Counted from the stretch's first letter, positions 1 to 12,000 are shown. The stretch: 64,000 nucleotides of DNA from Blastocladiella emersonii ATCC 22665 (GCA_025594325.1 JANHCV010000004.1:1054001-1118000); one strand, 5' to 3'. Numbers and translations: made by a program. The notes: a model not told the origin generated them from the sequence alone.

Positions 1-521
1 GCGTCCAGGCACGGGTCGACGCGGACGTGCGTCTGCGCGTTGCGCGGGAGGAACCGGTTGCGCATCTGCATGTGTCGCGAGTTGAAGCTACGTGGGAGGG
101 GAGGGGAGGGTTAGGTCGTGGGAAGCGCATCCGACCAGTGCGAGCGAACGTACGGGTCTACACATAGAGCTCAGTTAGATGACGTCCGGTCTGATACACA
201 GGGCAGTATCACGTACGCTGCCAGGCCCACTCGAACTGCAGCGCGGCCAGCTTGTTGGGGAACCCATGCACGAAGAGCACCATCTCCCTACCGACGTCGC
301 ACCGTCAGAATGCGTCCCCTCACGAGCCGTTGAGCGTAGACGCATCACTACCATGGCTTCTTCTTGGACGTCTTCTTGGCGCCGCCCGTAATCTCGCCAT
401 TGTGCTGCCGCAGCCGCCGGATCGGGTCGGGCGTCGACCCAATGTACGCGTGCGACTTATGCCGCGGACTCAGCGATTGCAGCAAGTAGCACGAGTAAAA
501 GTGCTGCGGCGGGATCTCCAT
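1..521 (-). CDS. SLX1: SLX1 GIY-YIG structure-specific endonuclease, 5' part; runs off the window. Exons 521-352, 287-217, 157-154, 87-1
   Basis: Spliced translation [17 protein letters not shown]...[59 protein letters not shown] matches the SLX1 motifs. All three introns are GT-AG. Confidence 0.93.
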
Positions 522-707
522 TCGAGTGCATTGGTGGTTGAGGTACGAGAGAAAGCGAACGGCCGAATTCCGCAACGGCTCCATTTCGACTCACCGCCGA
601 TCGCACGTGCGACACGGGGACGTGACCATCGCGCTCGGACGGACTCGTCGCGGCTTGCACCGTCAACCAAAAAACTACTAAATCAATGTATTCATATTTG
701 ACTACCA

Positions 708-2547
708 TCAAGGGGTGTCGCCGCGCTCCATTCGACCAATCTGGTCCTTTGCAGCTGGCGTGAGATGAACGCAGTGCGTCGCGACGGCAAACGTGCGTCC
801 CGATGGCCAGGACGATACAATAGCGTCCACGCTTGCATCTGCAAGACGGGTGTTGGAGGAAAAGGCTGAGGGTGCGCAGTGACGGGACCGAAGGCAGCAA
901 TGGCGCGAGTTTGGCAACGTGGAGATCAGTCAGCTCACACGAATTGAAACCAATGAACTCGAGTAAAGGCGCTCGAGCGGCCCATTTAGCAAGCACAATG
1001 AGATCTTCCTCCTGAAGATGACTGCACGAAAGGTCGAGATGGATCAACGAAGCAGCGGCCGGGAGAGCCCAGAGGAAGCTGCGCAGGGAGCTGGCTTTGA
1101 AGTTGCAGCCCATCAACGCAAGCTTGGCCATCGAAGGCGAGAGCAGCCGGAAGAGCTTGGTCAAGTTGTACTTGGCGTCCTTAGAATGTCCAACCTCGAG
1201 CGAGCGGAGCTGACGGCCAAAGTTCTGCAAAACTTCAAAGACTTCGCCTGGTCGAACGCTCTGGTTCTGACGATAACTGAGCGCAACCATGGTCGGCAGG
1301 AACCCACGCATGAGCTTGAGCCGGTCGCCGGCGCCCGTCCGAGTGCTGTTGATCACCAGCCCCTAAAATTGCGGAAGTGCGCGAGTCGCAACGGCGTCAA
1401 CCGCTCGGTCGTTGCCTTGGTTTTAGGACAGGTTAAGCGTCTCGATAGAGTCGGGTAACGCCTTGATCAGCTTGGCGGACTGGTTCGCCGAGAGGCCGCA
1501 CATGTCCACCCCAAGCGTACGTAATCTGGTCAAGCGGGAAAGCGCAATGACTAAGGGACCGGTGCCATCCCGGGCCAACCCGATACGGCCGCTGAGCTTG
1601 AGGAGCCCGAGTCCAGCGGGAAGATTCTCGAGGACAAACCGCCCTGATTCCGCCGAAAGGGCACAATTATTCATACGGAGTGACGTGAGAGACGCTGGGA
1701 AGAGGGCCGCGGGCTCGACAAGGTCGCAGGAAGTGAGATGGTTGGACGACATGTCGAGTGCCCGCAAGGAACTCGGAAGCACACGTGCAAGCTTGCACAG
1801 AGCCGCAAGTGTCAATTTGCACAAGGTGAGTTTCAACTCGACAAGATTGAGTGAGAGAAACAAGGCATCGTCCACGGCGAAGCCTTTGAGCTGGCCGAGC
1901 GGGTTTCCTGTGAGGTTGAGTCGGGTAATGGTGGCGGGGAGATTCATGTCCGACAGCTGCTTTACGCCAATTGAGCAAAACTCGAGAGCGAGAGAATTGA
2001 CGCCCGCAGCGGCGGAAAGACTGAGGGCAGTCTTCAATGCGGCGAGCCCAGGAGACGAAACTCGCGTATCCACAAGATATATCTCTTCGCCTGCTGGCTG
2101 GGCGGGTCGGCGAGTAAGCTCTGTACCAGCTGAGAGCGGTGGATTGCACGCATCGAAGGCCACTCGAAGCTCTTGCGAGAATTGGAGGATATCGGACTGG
2201 TCAATAGCGCCCGAATCGCTCCACCACGTCACAGCGTCATCGTAACCACGAAGAAGCGCCGTAAGCAAGCTCGACTCGCACCAGGAGAGTGGAAGCCCAC
2301 ACGCGCGCATGTAGTTGAGAAGTTGGATGCTGCCATTTTGCGTGGCAGCCGTGAAGTTGACACCAGCAGCGCTGGAGGAGTAGGCAGCGGTGCAAATAAC
2401 TGTGCGAATGACATCCGGAGCGCGAGCACGCGGAAGGACTCGCGCGTACTGCACAGGGCCGCGAAGGTCGTCTTGGTCCGGATGCAGGCGGACGGCCAAG
2501 CAGAGAATTTCGTTGAGAATGAAGTCGACGTCGAGTTTTCGTTGCAT
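708..2547 (-). pseudogene. LRR array copy A, pseudogene (F-box-like/ankyrin-like N-terminus plus RNI-like LRRs)
   Basis: Collinear with intact copy B but split over three ORFs: in-frame TAA at 1423-1425, in-frame TAG at 1363-1365, and a +1 frameshift in the A-run at 860-863 (paralogous LSLSSNTRL restored by removing one base). Confidence 0.85.
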
Positions 2548-2735
2548 GGAGTTATTTTCATGTGCATACATTGCTGTGGAATTTTCTCGAGGGGAGAGAG
2601 CGCGAGGAGCGGGCGTTCTATCAGTGGTTTGAGGCGGTCACTCTTCCATGACCAACGCGCTCCGCGCCTCCCGGCTGGATCCCTCGACCAGATCGGCTCG
2701 CTTGCATCGCGACAAGGTGTATATTCGCATATGCG

Positions 2736-4595
2736 TTATTCTAGTACATGATCGCCGCGCTCAAGGCGACCGAGTTGGGCCACTGTCGCTGGCGAGAGTC
2801 GCAAGCCGTCCACCAAAACAGTGAGCCCTCGTCCCGGCGGCCAACATGACTCGACAACCTTCAAGCCCTCGTCGCTGAGACGCTTGTTGGAAGAGAGATC
2901 GAGGGTGTGCAAGGACGGCGCGGAACTCAGCGATGGCGCAATCTTCATCACGTTGCAATCCGTCAAGTCGCCTGACGCGAGGCCGAGATGCTCGAGATGC
3001 CGCGCTTGCGGTAGCCATTCAGCCAGCTCGTCAAAGTTGTCGTCGTGAAAGTGGCTATGGGCAAGCTCAAGGTGGACCAACGAGGCGGCAGCGGGAAGTG
3101 CGCAGAGAAACTGCTGGAGGGCTCCGGGTTTGAAACTGCAGCCCGTTAAGACAAGCTTGTTCAGCGAAGATGAAAAGCACCGTGCGATTTCCGCAAGGTC
3201 GAGCTTGGAGTTGTGTTTCCACGGGCCAGCTTGAAACGAGCGCAAGCTTCCGCCAAACTGTTCAAGCGTGTCGAGAACCTCGTTGACTCGGACACTCTTG
3301 TTGTGCAGAAAACTGAGTGCAGAGAGCGACGGCCGAAACCCTCCCGCGAGCTTGGTCAGCTCGCCGGGGCGAGCGCCAATGTCGTTGATACTGAGGCTTC
3401 GGAGCCGTGGAAATGCTCGCGCTGCAAACACGTCGATCGCTTGGTCAATCACTTGGCAGGACGACAAGTTGAGTTGCTCAATCGAAATGGGTAGCCCTGT
3501 TAGGAGAACCGCAGATCTCGCCGATGAGAGGTCACAGCCGTCCACTTCGAGTGCGCGCAAACCGGTCATGCGGGCGAGCGCAGATGCCAGGGCGTTGGTG
3601 TCATCCGTGGAGAGTTTCGTGTTGCTAAACTTGAGGTGCTTGAGCCCATTCGGAAGACTTTGAGCAATCAGCTGCCCGGCTCCGAATAAGAGGGTGCAAG
3701 AATGGAGCCCGAGCGCCGTCAGGTGCGCAGGGAACAGAGCAAGTTGTTGCCCATTGAGACCCGCAGCGTCCCAATGGCTGTTCGAGACATCGAGTTTCCG
3801 AAGCGACTTGGGTAGCAGCGGCGCGAGCACGCTCATCGACTCTAAGCGCAGCTCGCAAGAACTGAGATCTAACTCGACGAGATTGGGCGAAAGAAACAAG
3901 CCAGGGTCCGGGGACAGGTCGACAAGTTGGTCAAATCGGTTACCGCATAGCCTGATTCGCGTGATAGAATCGGGCAAGTACAGCTCCGAGAGTTGCACCG
4001 AGCCGATATGACAATAGAGGAGCGACAGAAAGTTGACGCTTGCAGCGCCTGGCAAACTGAGAGCGTACTTCAACGCGGCGATCCCGGCAGAAGAGATACG
4101 TGTGTCGGCTATGGAAATTTCTTCGCCAGCTGGATAAAATGGTCGGCGAACAAGCTCGGTGCTTGCAGAGAAGGGTGGGTTGAGAAGGTCGAGGGCGACT
4201 TTCAACGTGCGCGGAAACTTGACAACGTCGGCCTTGTCAATGACACCAGAGTCGCGCCACCATGAAAGAACATTCTCGTGACCTCGATAAAGAGCCGCTT
4301 GCAAGGCATCCATGCTCCAGATCAGCGGAAGGCCCGAGGCGCGCATGAGCTCGAGTAGCTGAACGTTGCCCCTCCGTGTAGCTGCCGATGTGCTGACGCC
4401 GGTGGCGCGTGGAGCCTGCGCTGCGCGACGAATGATTTCAAAGACAAGATCCGGCGCGCGAGACCTCGGGAGCACCCGCGCATACCGCAACAATCCAGCA
4501 AGGTCGCCTGTGTCCGGGTGAAGTCGGACGGCATGAAGCAGAACCTCGTTGAGAATCAGATCGATATCAAGCTTAGTTTGCATGGAGTTATTCAT
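2736..4595 (-). CDS. LRR array copy B, intact intronless protein of about 620 aa (helical N-terminus plus about 14 RNI-like LRRs)
   Basis: ORF 2736..4673 with repeated LxxLxLxxC/N motifs. Start placed at MNNSMQ (4595) or MQ (4583) by comparison with the paralogs. Confidence 0.88.
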   Translation of the reverse strand: MNNSMQTKLDIDLILNEVLLHAVRLHPDTGDLAGLLRYARVLPRSRAPDLVFEIIRRAAQAPRATGVSTSAATRRGNVQLLELMRASGLPLIWSMDALQAALYRGHENVLSWWRDSGVIDKADVVKFPRTLKVALDLLNPPFSASTELVRRPFYPAGEEISIADTRISSAGIAALKYALSLPGAASVNFLSLLYCHIGSVQLSELYLPDSITRIRLCGNRFDQLVDLSPDPGLFLSPNLVELDLSSCELRLESMSVLAPLLPKSLRKLDVSNSHWDAAGLNGQQLALFPAHLTALGLHSCTLLFGAGQLIAQSLPNGLKHLKFSNTKLSTDDTNALASALARMTGLRALEVDGCDLSSARSAVLLTGLPISIEQLNLSSCQVIDQAIDVFAARAFPRLRSLSINDIGARPGELTKLAGGFRPSLSALSFLHNKSVRVNEVLDTLEQFGGSLRSFQAGPWKHNSKLDLAEIARCFSSSLNKLVLTGCSFKPGALQQFLCALPAAASLVHLELAHSHFHDDNFDELAEWLPQARHLEHLGLASGDLTDCNVMKIAPSLSSAPSLHTLDLSSNKRLSDEGLKVVESCWPPGRGLTVLVDGLRLSPATVAQLGRLERGDHVLE

Positions 4596-4835
4596 GGCGA
4601 ATACATGTTTCCTTGACATGGGGAGAGCGGCCGAAGCGGGCTCGAAACAGCTGGGCTCGGGTGGGAAAGGCAAGGTGGCTTGACCTGGTCACGCCGAGAT
4701 GAGCGACGCGTCCAAAGGTCAGAGCGCGCCTTCTCTACAATTGACTCGACCACGCTGACCCGAGCATCACCTCGGCCCAGTTTGCTCTTCTGGTCTACGA
4801 AAAAAACGATATATATAAACCAATCTGCATACAAC

Positions 4836-6375
4836 TCAGCTGCTGCCGCTGACGTTCATGCTCCGAAGCTGCTCGAGGCGGACATGAGCGTTCTCAGTTA
4901 GCGCAACGCCGTCGAGCTGAACGTCGAGTGGACGGTTCGGCGGCCAGTTTGACAGAATGTGATCAACCCCCGCATCGTCCAGGCGCGTTTCAAGAGTGAG
5001 GTTGATGTGGCGCAGCGACGGCGCCAGAGGAAGCGACGGCGCGAGCTGCCCGATGCGCTCGCTGGTTAACCTGCATAAACTAAGGCTAAGATACTCGAGT
5101 GACCGTGCCCGCTGCATCCACTCGGCGAGCGCAAGTATTCCATGACGCTGGAAGCGACCATGTGACAGGTCGAGTTCCACCAGGCGGTCGGTTCGAAGCG
5201 CGGAAAAGAAATCCCGCCCTGTGCTGTTCTGGAACACTTAGCCAGTGAACGAAAGCTTGGTCAGCGACGACGGGAGCAGTTGGGCGATCGCCGTCGCGTC
5301 GAATTCGTATCCCCATTCGGCGAATGGCCCCACCGCGAGCGAGTCGAGATTGGTGAGGACACCGCGGGTCTGGTGAAGCATGTCAAAGATGTCTTTAGGG
5401 CAGACTGCTTCGTTTCCGAGACAACTGAGCGAGACCAGCGTCGGCGTGAACCCACGCGTTAGCGCAGATAATTGACCAGCGCCGAGGCCAGCACGGTCAA
5501 CGGACAAGCTACGCAGTTGCGGGAGCGCGCGCACCGCGAAGGCCTTGGCAGCCATGTCAAGGATCGCGTTATCGGACAGGTTGAGCGTCTCGATCGATTC
5601 GGGCAGCGACGCAATCAAGCGAGCGACGTTGGCCGACGAAAGGCCGCACATGTTTAAGAGAAGTTCGCGAAGGCCCGACAGGCGCGAAAGGTTGCGCGCC
5701 AAAACACCGATGCATTCCGTCGGAAGGTTGGTCTTGCTAATCTCAAGCTTCTCGAGATTGAGTGGGAGATGGTCCGTGATCAGCTGCACCGTCAGCGATG
5801 AAAACGTGCACGCGTTGAGTCGAAGCTGCTTGAGTCCAGGCGGAAAGAGGGCCACGGGGACTTCGAGACCGCCAGCGTCGAACTCGTTTGACGAAAGGTC
5901 AAGAACCTCGAGATTCGGCGGAAGCACCGGGGCCAGCTTGCAAATAGGTTTGAACATCATGTTGCACGCGACCAGGTGCAGCTCCACGAGGCCCGCTGGC
6001 AAGAACGAGTCGCGGTCAACCGTAAGCGCATTGAGATTGCCAAACTGGTTGCCGGTGAAAATGAGGCACTTTACCGTGGGCGGGACGCACAGTTCCGAGA
6101 GATGCCGTGCGCCAAGGTTGCAGTACTTGAGATGGAAGGCGGTCAGGTTGGCTGCAATCGGCATGCTGAAAGTGCGGTGCAGTTGGGCGATTCCAGCTGA
6201 GCAGATGCGAGTGTACATGACGACCATCCGAGTCGGGAAGTTCGGCTCGTCCGTGTTGGATTCGGGGCACATTCTGACGATTGGACTTTGAGCAAAAGAC
6301 GGCTTGAGCAGATCAAATGCAATCAAAACCGCGTCTGGGAACCTGGACGACGCATCGCACCTATGACGATTTCAT
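4836..6375 (-). pseudogene. LRR array copy C, pseudogene with N-terminal deletion and premature stop
   Basis: ORFs 5238..6326 and 4836..5237 share a frame and are separated only by TAA at 5238-5240. The upstream 22-mer (6373-6394) matches copy D (8891-8912) at 21/22, but about 360 bp encoding D's N-terminal domain is missing. Confidence 0.82.
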
Positions 6376-6508
6376 TGGTTTCCAATAGTTGAGAAGCGGG
6401 AGAGCTCGACGGGTCCCGACTCGGGACTCTGGCGCAGTTGAAGCGTACTCGACTGGGAGGAAGCTCGGCACGATGGACGTGCGATCTTGGCGGAGATGAA
6501 GATCGAGG

Positions 6509-6579
6509 CGGTGAAGAGGTTCACAAGAGGGGGCGGTGAAGAGGTTCACAAGAGAAGACGGTGAGGAGGTTCACGAGAG
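6509..6579. repeat. Three copies of a 21-nt unit CGGTGARGAGGTTCACRAGAG, period 25
   Basis: Units at 6509-6529, 6534-6554 and 6559-6579, each with an internal GTGA..TCAC dyad. Located upstream of LRR copy C. Confidence 0.9.
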
Positions 6580-6998
6580 GACAACAGTCTGTATGTGGTG
6601 GCTAATACTAGCAACTGGTCAAAGGAACAAGAGAGAGAGGGGATGCGGAGGCGCGTCGTCCGATGTGAGCGGGCCGACGCGTCGCTCGGTGAGGTGAGGC
6701 GGTCCGCGGCGATGACAAAGGAGATCGGCGCGGTGCGCGTGACGCGCGTGACGCGGGCGGGGTCGCACGCGTCCGGTGACTGTGGCGCAACGCGGTCACG
6801 TGTACTTGAACTGGCGCAGGCCTGGGCGCAGGCTGCCGCGCGCAGGAAGAAAACGTGGCTTGACCCAGTCACGCCGATATGAACGACGCGTCCACGAAGG
6901 AAAGCCCGGCTGCCGCTCGAGGAAAGGCCAGTTCACGAGAATAAACTCTTTGGATGTTCGAATATGGTACACAACGGCCAATTTTCTCGCTCCGCGCC

Positions 6999-8882
6999 TC
7001 ACTCAGACGGCACTCCGCGGCCAAGCTTGTTGAGCTGGGCGCGCGCGGTCGCGGAGAACCAGATATCGTCAGTCTGGACGTCAAGTGGGCGGTCTTCGGG
7101 CCAGTTCGACGCAATCAAGTCAACTGCCGCGTCGCTCAAGTCCGTGTTGGACATGAGGCTCAGGTAGCGAAGCGACTGCGCTAGCAGAAGCGACGGCGCG
7201 AGCTGCGCGATGTGCCGGTTGGCCAGCTTGCACGACGCGAGGTTGAGAAACTCGAGAGACCGCGCCTGCGGCAGCCATTCGGCGAGCGGCGTGAGAGCTG
7301 TCCGCTGGAAGCGGCCCTCGGAAAAATCCAGCTCCACGACGCGGTCGGCCGGAAGCGCGGCAAGGATGCTCCGGATCGTTTGCGGATAGAACTTGCAACC
7401 AGTCAGGGCGAGTTTGATAATCGATGGCGGGAGGACTTCCCTGATTGCAGCGACGTCGAAGTCGTCCCCTTGGTCGAACGGCCCCACGGCAAGTGACTCG
7501 AGATTGGCGATGGTACCGCCAACGGTTTGAAGCATCTCGTAGACGTCTCGGAGACGGACGTCGCCGTTCCCAAGGCAGCTGAGCGCAACCAGCGTCGATG
7601 GGAACCCACTAGAAAGCGTGACAAACTGAGCCCCACCAATATGCGTACGATCAATCGTCAGCTTCTGCAGCCGCGGAAGGGCGCGCGTCGCAAAGGCCTG
7701 CGCCGCCTCGCCCTGGATCGTGTTGTACGACAGGTCAAGCGTCTCAAGCGAGTCGGGCAGCGACGCGATCAAGCGAGCAGCATCGGTCGACGAAAGGCTG
7801 CACATGTTGACAAGCAGCTTGCGGAGATTCGACAGGCGCGGCAAGTTGCGCGCGAGGCTGCCGACGAAGTCCGACGACAGCTTGGTCTCGTCGAGCTTGA
7901 GCTTCTCGAGACTGACCGGAAGATGATCCGTAAGCAGCTGCGCCGTCGCGGGCGTAAAATTGCACTCGTTGAGCCGAAGCTTTTTGAGCCCCGGCGGGAA
8001 GAGGACTGTGGGGAGCTCGAGTCCGTCAGCGTCCAGCTCGTTCGAAGACAAGTCGAGGAACTCGAGGTTCGGCGGAAGCACGGGCGCCAGCTTGCTCAAC
8101 GACTTGAGCGTCATGTTGCACCCGATCAGGCGCAGCTCCTTGAGACCAAGCGGCAAAAACGAGTCGCGGTCCGCGGCGAGCGCGTCGAGATTTAAACCAA
8201 ACTGGTTGCCGTTTAGAACAAGCCGCTTGACCGTGGCCGGGACGCGCAGCTCCGAGAGCTCCTGGGCGCGGATGTGGCAGCAGTTGAGGTACACGGCAAC
8301 GAGATTCGCAGCCATCGGCATGGTCATGATGCGGTTCAGCTTGGCAATTCCCTTGGAACACATGCGTGAGTCGTTGGCCAGCAACTCCTTGGTCTTGGGG
8401 TTTTTCTCGCCCGCGTTGAGCTCGGGGCAGATCACGATGTCGGGGTGATCCACAAAGGGCCGTTTCGTGAGATCGAGCGCGACGTAGAGCGGGTCCGAGT
8501 ACTCGGCGTTCGCAGGCTTGATGACGAGCCCGGTTTCGCGCCACCACGCCAGCACGTCCTCGTGTCCACGCTTGAGAGCCGTGTTCAGCATCTCCATGTA
8601 CCAAGTGAGCGGAAGGCCCGAGGCGCGAATGAGATCGAGCAGCTGCACGCTCCCGCTCGCCGTAGCGGCCTCGGTGCTCACGCCAGAGGCCTTCGAAGCC
8701 TGTGCGGCGCTGCGGATGACGGCGCGAGTGACGCGCGGGACGCGAGACCGCGGAAGGACATGGGCGTACTGCAGCATGCCGCGCAGGTCGCCCCGGTCCG
8801 GATGGAGCCACGCGGCCCAGCAGAGAATCTCCTCGAGGATGCTGTCCACGTCGAGAATTATGTGTTGCATTGAGTGATTCAT
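6999..8882 (-). CDS. LRR array copy D, intact intronless protein of about 627 aa
   Basis: ORF 6999..8903. Same architecture as B and closest to C. Start at MNHSMQ (8882) or MQ (8870). Confidence 0.88.
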   Translation of the reverse strand: MNHSMQHIILDVDSILEEILCWAAWLHPDRGDLRGMLQYAHVLPRSRVPRVTRAVIRSAAQASKASGVSTEAATASGSVQLLDLIRASGLPLTWYMEMLNTALKRGHEDVLAWWRETGLVIKPANAEYSDPLYVALDLTKRPFVDHPDIVICPELNAGEKNPKTKELLANDSRMCSKGIAKLNRIMTMPMAANLVAVYLNCCHIRAQELSELRVPATVKRLVLNGNQFGLNLDALAADRDSFLPLGLKELRLIGCNMTLKSLSKLAPVLPPNLEFLDLSSNELDADGLELPTVLFPPGLKKLRLNECNFTPATAQLLTDHLPVSLEKLKLDETKLSSDFVGSLARNLPRLSNLRKLLVNMCSLSSTDAARLIASLPDSLETLDLSYNTIQGEAAQAFATRALPRLQKLTIDRTHIGGAQFVTLSSGFPSTLVALSCLGNGDVRLRDVYEMLQTVGGTIANLESLAVGPFDQGDDFDVAAIREVLPPSIIKLALTGCKFYPQTIRSILAALPADRVVELDFSEGRFQRTALTPLAEWLPQARSLEFLNLASCKLANRHIAQLAPSLLLAQSLRYLSLMSNTDLSDAAVDLIASNWPEDRPLDVQTDDIWFSATARAQLNKLGRGVPSE

Positions 8883-9090
8883 GGCAAATGCATCGGTTTC
8901 CAATAGTTGAGAGGAGGGGAACCGTTCGAGGTGACCAACGCGACCTGGAACGCGTCGCGACAGAATTCCGACTCACCACGCTCGAACCGGCCGCGACTTC
9001 GAGCCATCACCCCTGTTACGACGTCACTTTGTATGAAAGAGTATGATCCAATTAACAACAAGAGGGTCTCGCGCACACCCGCGCGCCAGT

Positions 9091-12000
9091 CTATCCGTTC
9101 TTGCGCTTGCCCGCGCCGCCGCCGCGCCCGCCCTTGCCGGTGCCCAACGACGTGGAGACGATGGCTGCGCCCGCGGGTCGTCCGATGGCGCTCTACAATG
9201 CGGACGAAAGTAAGTACAAGGCCAACGAGAACCCACGAGGGAGTGAGAAAGCGTACGTGAATGAGCCCCATATCCGCAACAAGGTCCTCGTCCGCGAGCC
9301 GGAACGTGATCGAGTTGATCTGCTTGCCCGCGCCGCGCTTGCGGCCCGCGGCTCCACTCCCACTCGCGCCCGCGTGCTGGTCGTCGTTGGCCGACGCGGT
9401 GGGGTTACGCTTCTGCGGGCGGCGACCGGGCCGGCCGGGGTTCCGTGCGCCGTTCGCGTTGCCCGCGGCGGCGCCGCCGGCCGTGAGCTCGGGGGCGTCG
9501 AGGTTGATGGAGAGGATGTCGAGGGACCGCTCCTCCTCGAGGCGGCGCTTCTTGACGCCGACCTCGGTGAGCATGCGCAGCTTGAGCAGGTCGACGTCCG
9601 ACCGGTACTGCTCGTCGGCGGCGGCCGTCTCCTCCGAGTACAGCTTCTCGGCCTGCGCGACCGTGTAGTCCATGACGCACTTGGCGCGGAAGATGCGCTC
9701 CTGGATCTTCATCGACAGGTCCTCGACGGCAAAGTTGAACTCGGCGTCCGTGTCTACACTCGCGCACGCGGTCGAGTCAGTGCCTGCCCGCCACGAAGCA
9801 AACTACGCGAGACGTACTGTCGAGCAGATCCTTGATCCCGCGCTCGAGCTCGTACCGCGCCTTGTCGTAGTACACGTCCTTGTGCTGGAGATACTTGGCC
9901 TCCATGGCGACCATGTACTCGTCGAGCTTGACGGTGCCCGGCGCGGGCGGTTTCGGCGGAGGCGCGGCCGCCGTCGCGATGGGCGCCCCACCGCGGCCGT
10001 TCGCGTTTGCGGGACTGATCCGCCCACCCGCCGCGACCGCCGCGGCCGCCGCAGGGCTCAGCAGCGACATCATGACCCCATTCGCGGACGTGCTGGACGG
10101 GATCGTGCTGGACCGGTGCAGCGGGGACGGGTGGTGCACCGAGTTGTTGCCGCTCGCGTGCTGGAGGTGGTGCGCGGCGCCCGTGTTGGCCGCCGACGCC
10201 GCCGCCGCGCCCTGCGCGGACGAGTAGTACGTCGCGTTGTACGCGGACCCAGCAACCGCCTGCTGCTGTTGCTGGTGCTGGTGCAGCTGGTGCTCGGCCG
10301 ACGACGCGTACCCGGCGCCGTGCGGCGGGACGCTGCCCGACGGGGGCGCCGCGTGGTGATGGTGTTGCTGGTGCTGTAAGTGGTGGTGCGCCGCGTGCTT
10401 GGGCGAGGAGGACGCGGGGGAGGCCGACGTCGACGACGCGTACGTCGTGATGTGCTGCGCGGCGGCGGACGGGCCGCGGCTCGATGCAGGCGACGCGGCG
10501 CGGCCCGTCGTCAGCGCGGGCGCGGCGCGCGCCGCTGCGGGCGGTGGTGGTGGCGGGAGCGACGGGCGGGACGACGACGCGGGGTCGGAATCGGGTTTGC
10601 CCGTACCCTGCTGCCCTGCCGCAGAGCTCGGTGCTGGTGGGCGGCCGGGAATCGTGACAGCCGCATGCGGAGCCGCCGGCGCCGAGTTACCGTCGTTCGT
10701 CGGGCGGGCATGACGCGCGTAGGGATCGTCGAGGTGGGTGGGCGCCGTGGCGGACCGCGGGGACGGCTCAGCGGGTGGAACAGCCGGTACCGACTGCTGT
10801 GGAGCAGGTGACGCGTTGGACCCCTGCTGCTGCAGCGGGCCAGCAGTACGAGCCGGCTGCTGCTGCTGTGGTGGTGGCGGAACCGACTGCTTCAGCTGCG
10901 CCTGGGCCTGCGAGACGGGCGGCGGGAGCGGGCCGCCGGGGTGCCGCGGGCCCGCAGACTGCTGCTGCTGCTGCTGCGGCGGGTAGGCCGACATGGGCGG
11001 GAGCTGCTGCTGCTGCTGCTGCTGCTGCGGTAGCTGCTGTTGCTGGTGGTACGCGGGGTGGCGCTGGTGCTGCTGCGGCGGCGGTTGCTGCTGGAGCTGG
11101 CCGGGCGGGGGCAGCTGCTGGTAGTAGCCCGACTGCGGCGGCGGCGGGGGCTGGCCGTACGCGGCGTTACGACCCGGCTGCGGCTGCTGCTGTTGCTGCT
11201 GCTGCTGGGGCGGCGCGTAGTGATGCGGGGGCCCATGGCGCATACCAGGCGGCGGCGGCGGGGCGTAGTGGCCGAGGTGCGAGTAGCCGCCACCGCCGTG
11301 CGACTTGGAGGGGTCGTCGGCGCCCTGGTCGGCCTGCTGCTGTTGCTGCTGCTGCTGGGCGGGGTTCGGGTAGTAGGGCGCGCCCCAGGCGGCTTCGGGC
11401 GCGCCGGCGGGTGGGAGGTGCTGCGGCGGTATAGACGACGGGTGCGACTGCCCCTGCTGCGGCGGCGGGTAGTTGGGGTAGCCCGGGTACGGCTGCTGCT
11501 GCTGCTGCTTCTGCTGCTGTTGAGGCTGTTGCGGGGGAGGTCCGCCGGTCTTGTCGGCCGACACCGACCCCGCATCCTGCTCGGGCCCACCGAGGGCGAG
11601 CGTGCCCGTGAGCGCGCGGATCGGCGCGAGCTGGGTGCCCGACGACCCGCCGGGCGCGCTCGTCGGCGGGAGGATGCCGGACAGCTTCACGCCGTTCCCG
11701 TCACCCGACGCAGGCGGGGCGGGACCAGCCGAAGCCCGAGCCTGCTGTTGCTGTTGCTGCTGCTGCGGCTGCTGCTTGGCGCCGTACCCGTCCGTCGGCG
11801 GCGTCCCACGGGGCGACACACCCGCCGCGCCGAGCCCCTGGCCCGCGAGCGCGCGCGCCGTAGCGCTGTGGAGCGGCGGGAGCACGTTACCGGCACCCGG
11901 GTGCGGCGAGTTGGACGACGGCGGCGCGGCGGGCCCGGGCCCCGCGCTGCTCGGGTTGAGGCTGGCGGCCGACGACGCGCCGCTCGCGCCAGCGGGGAGA

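Noticed and set aside
1363-5240. In-frame TAA/TAG in LRR copies A and C as recoding or A-to-I-edited stops
   Set aside because: Paralogs have Y/S/D, R/Q and C at these sites, not Trp. A also has a frameshift and C a deletion. Other genes terminate normally at TAA, TAG and TGA.
4700-8960. ACGCGT (MCB-like) boxes upstream of the LRR genes
   Set aside because: A CG-rich hexamer is common at this GC content, so enrichment cannot be claimed by eye.
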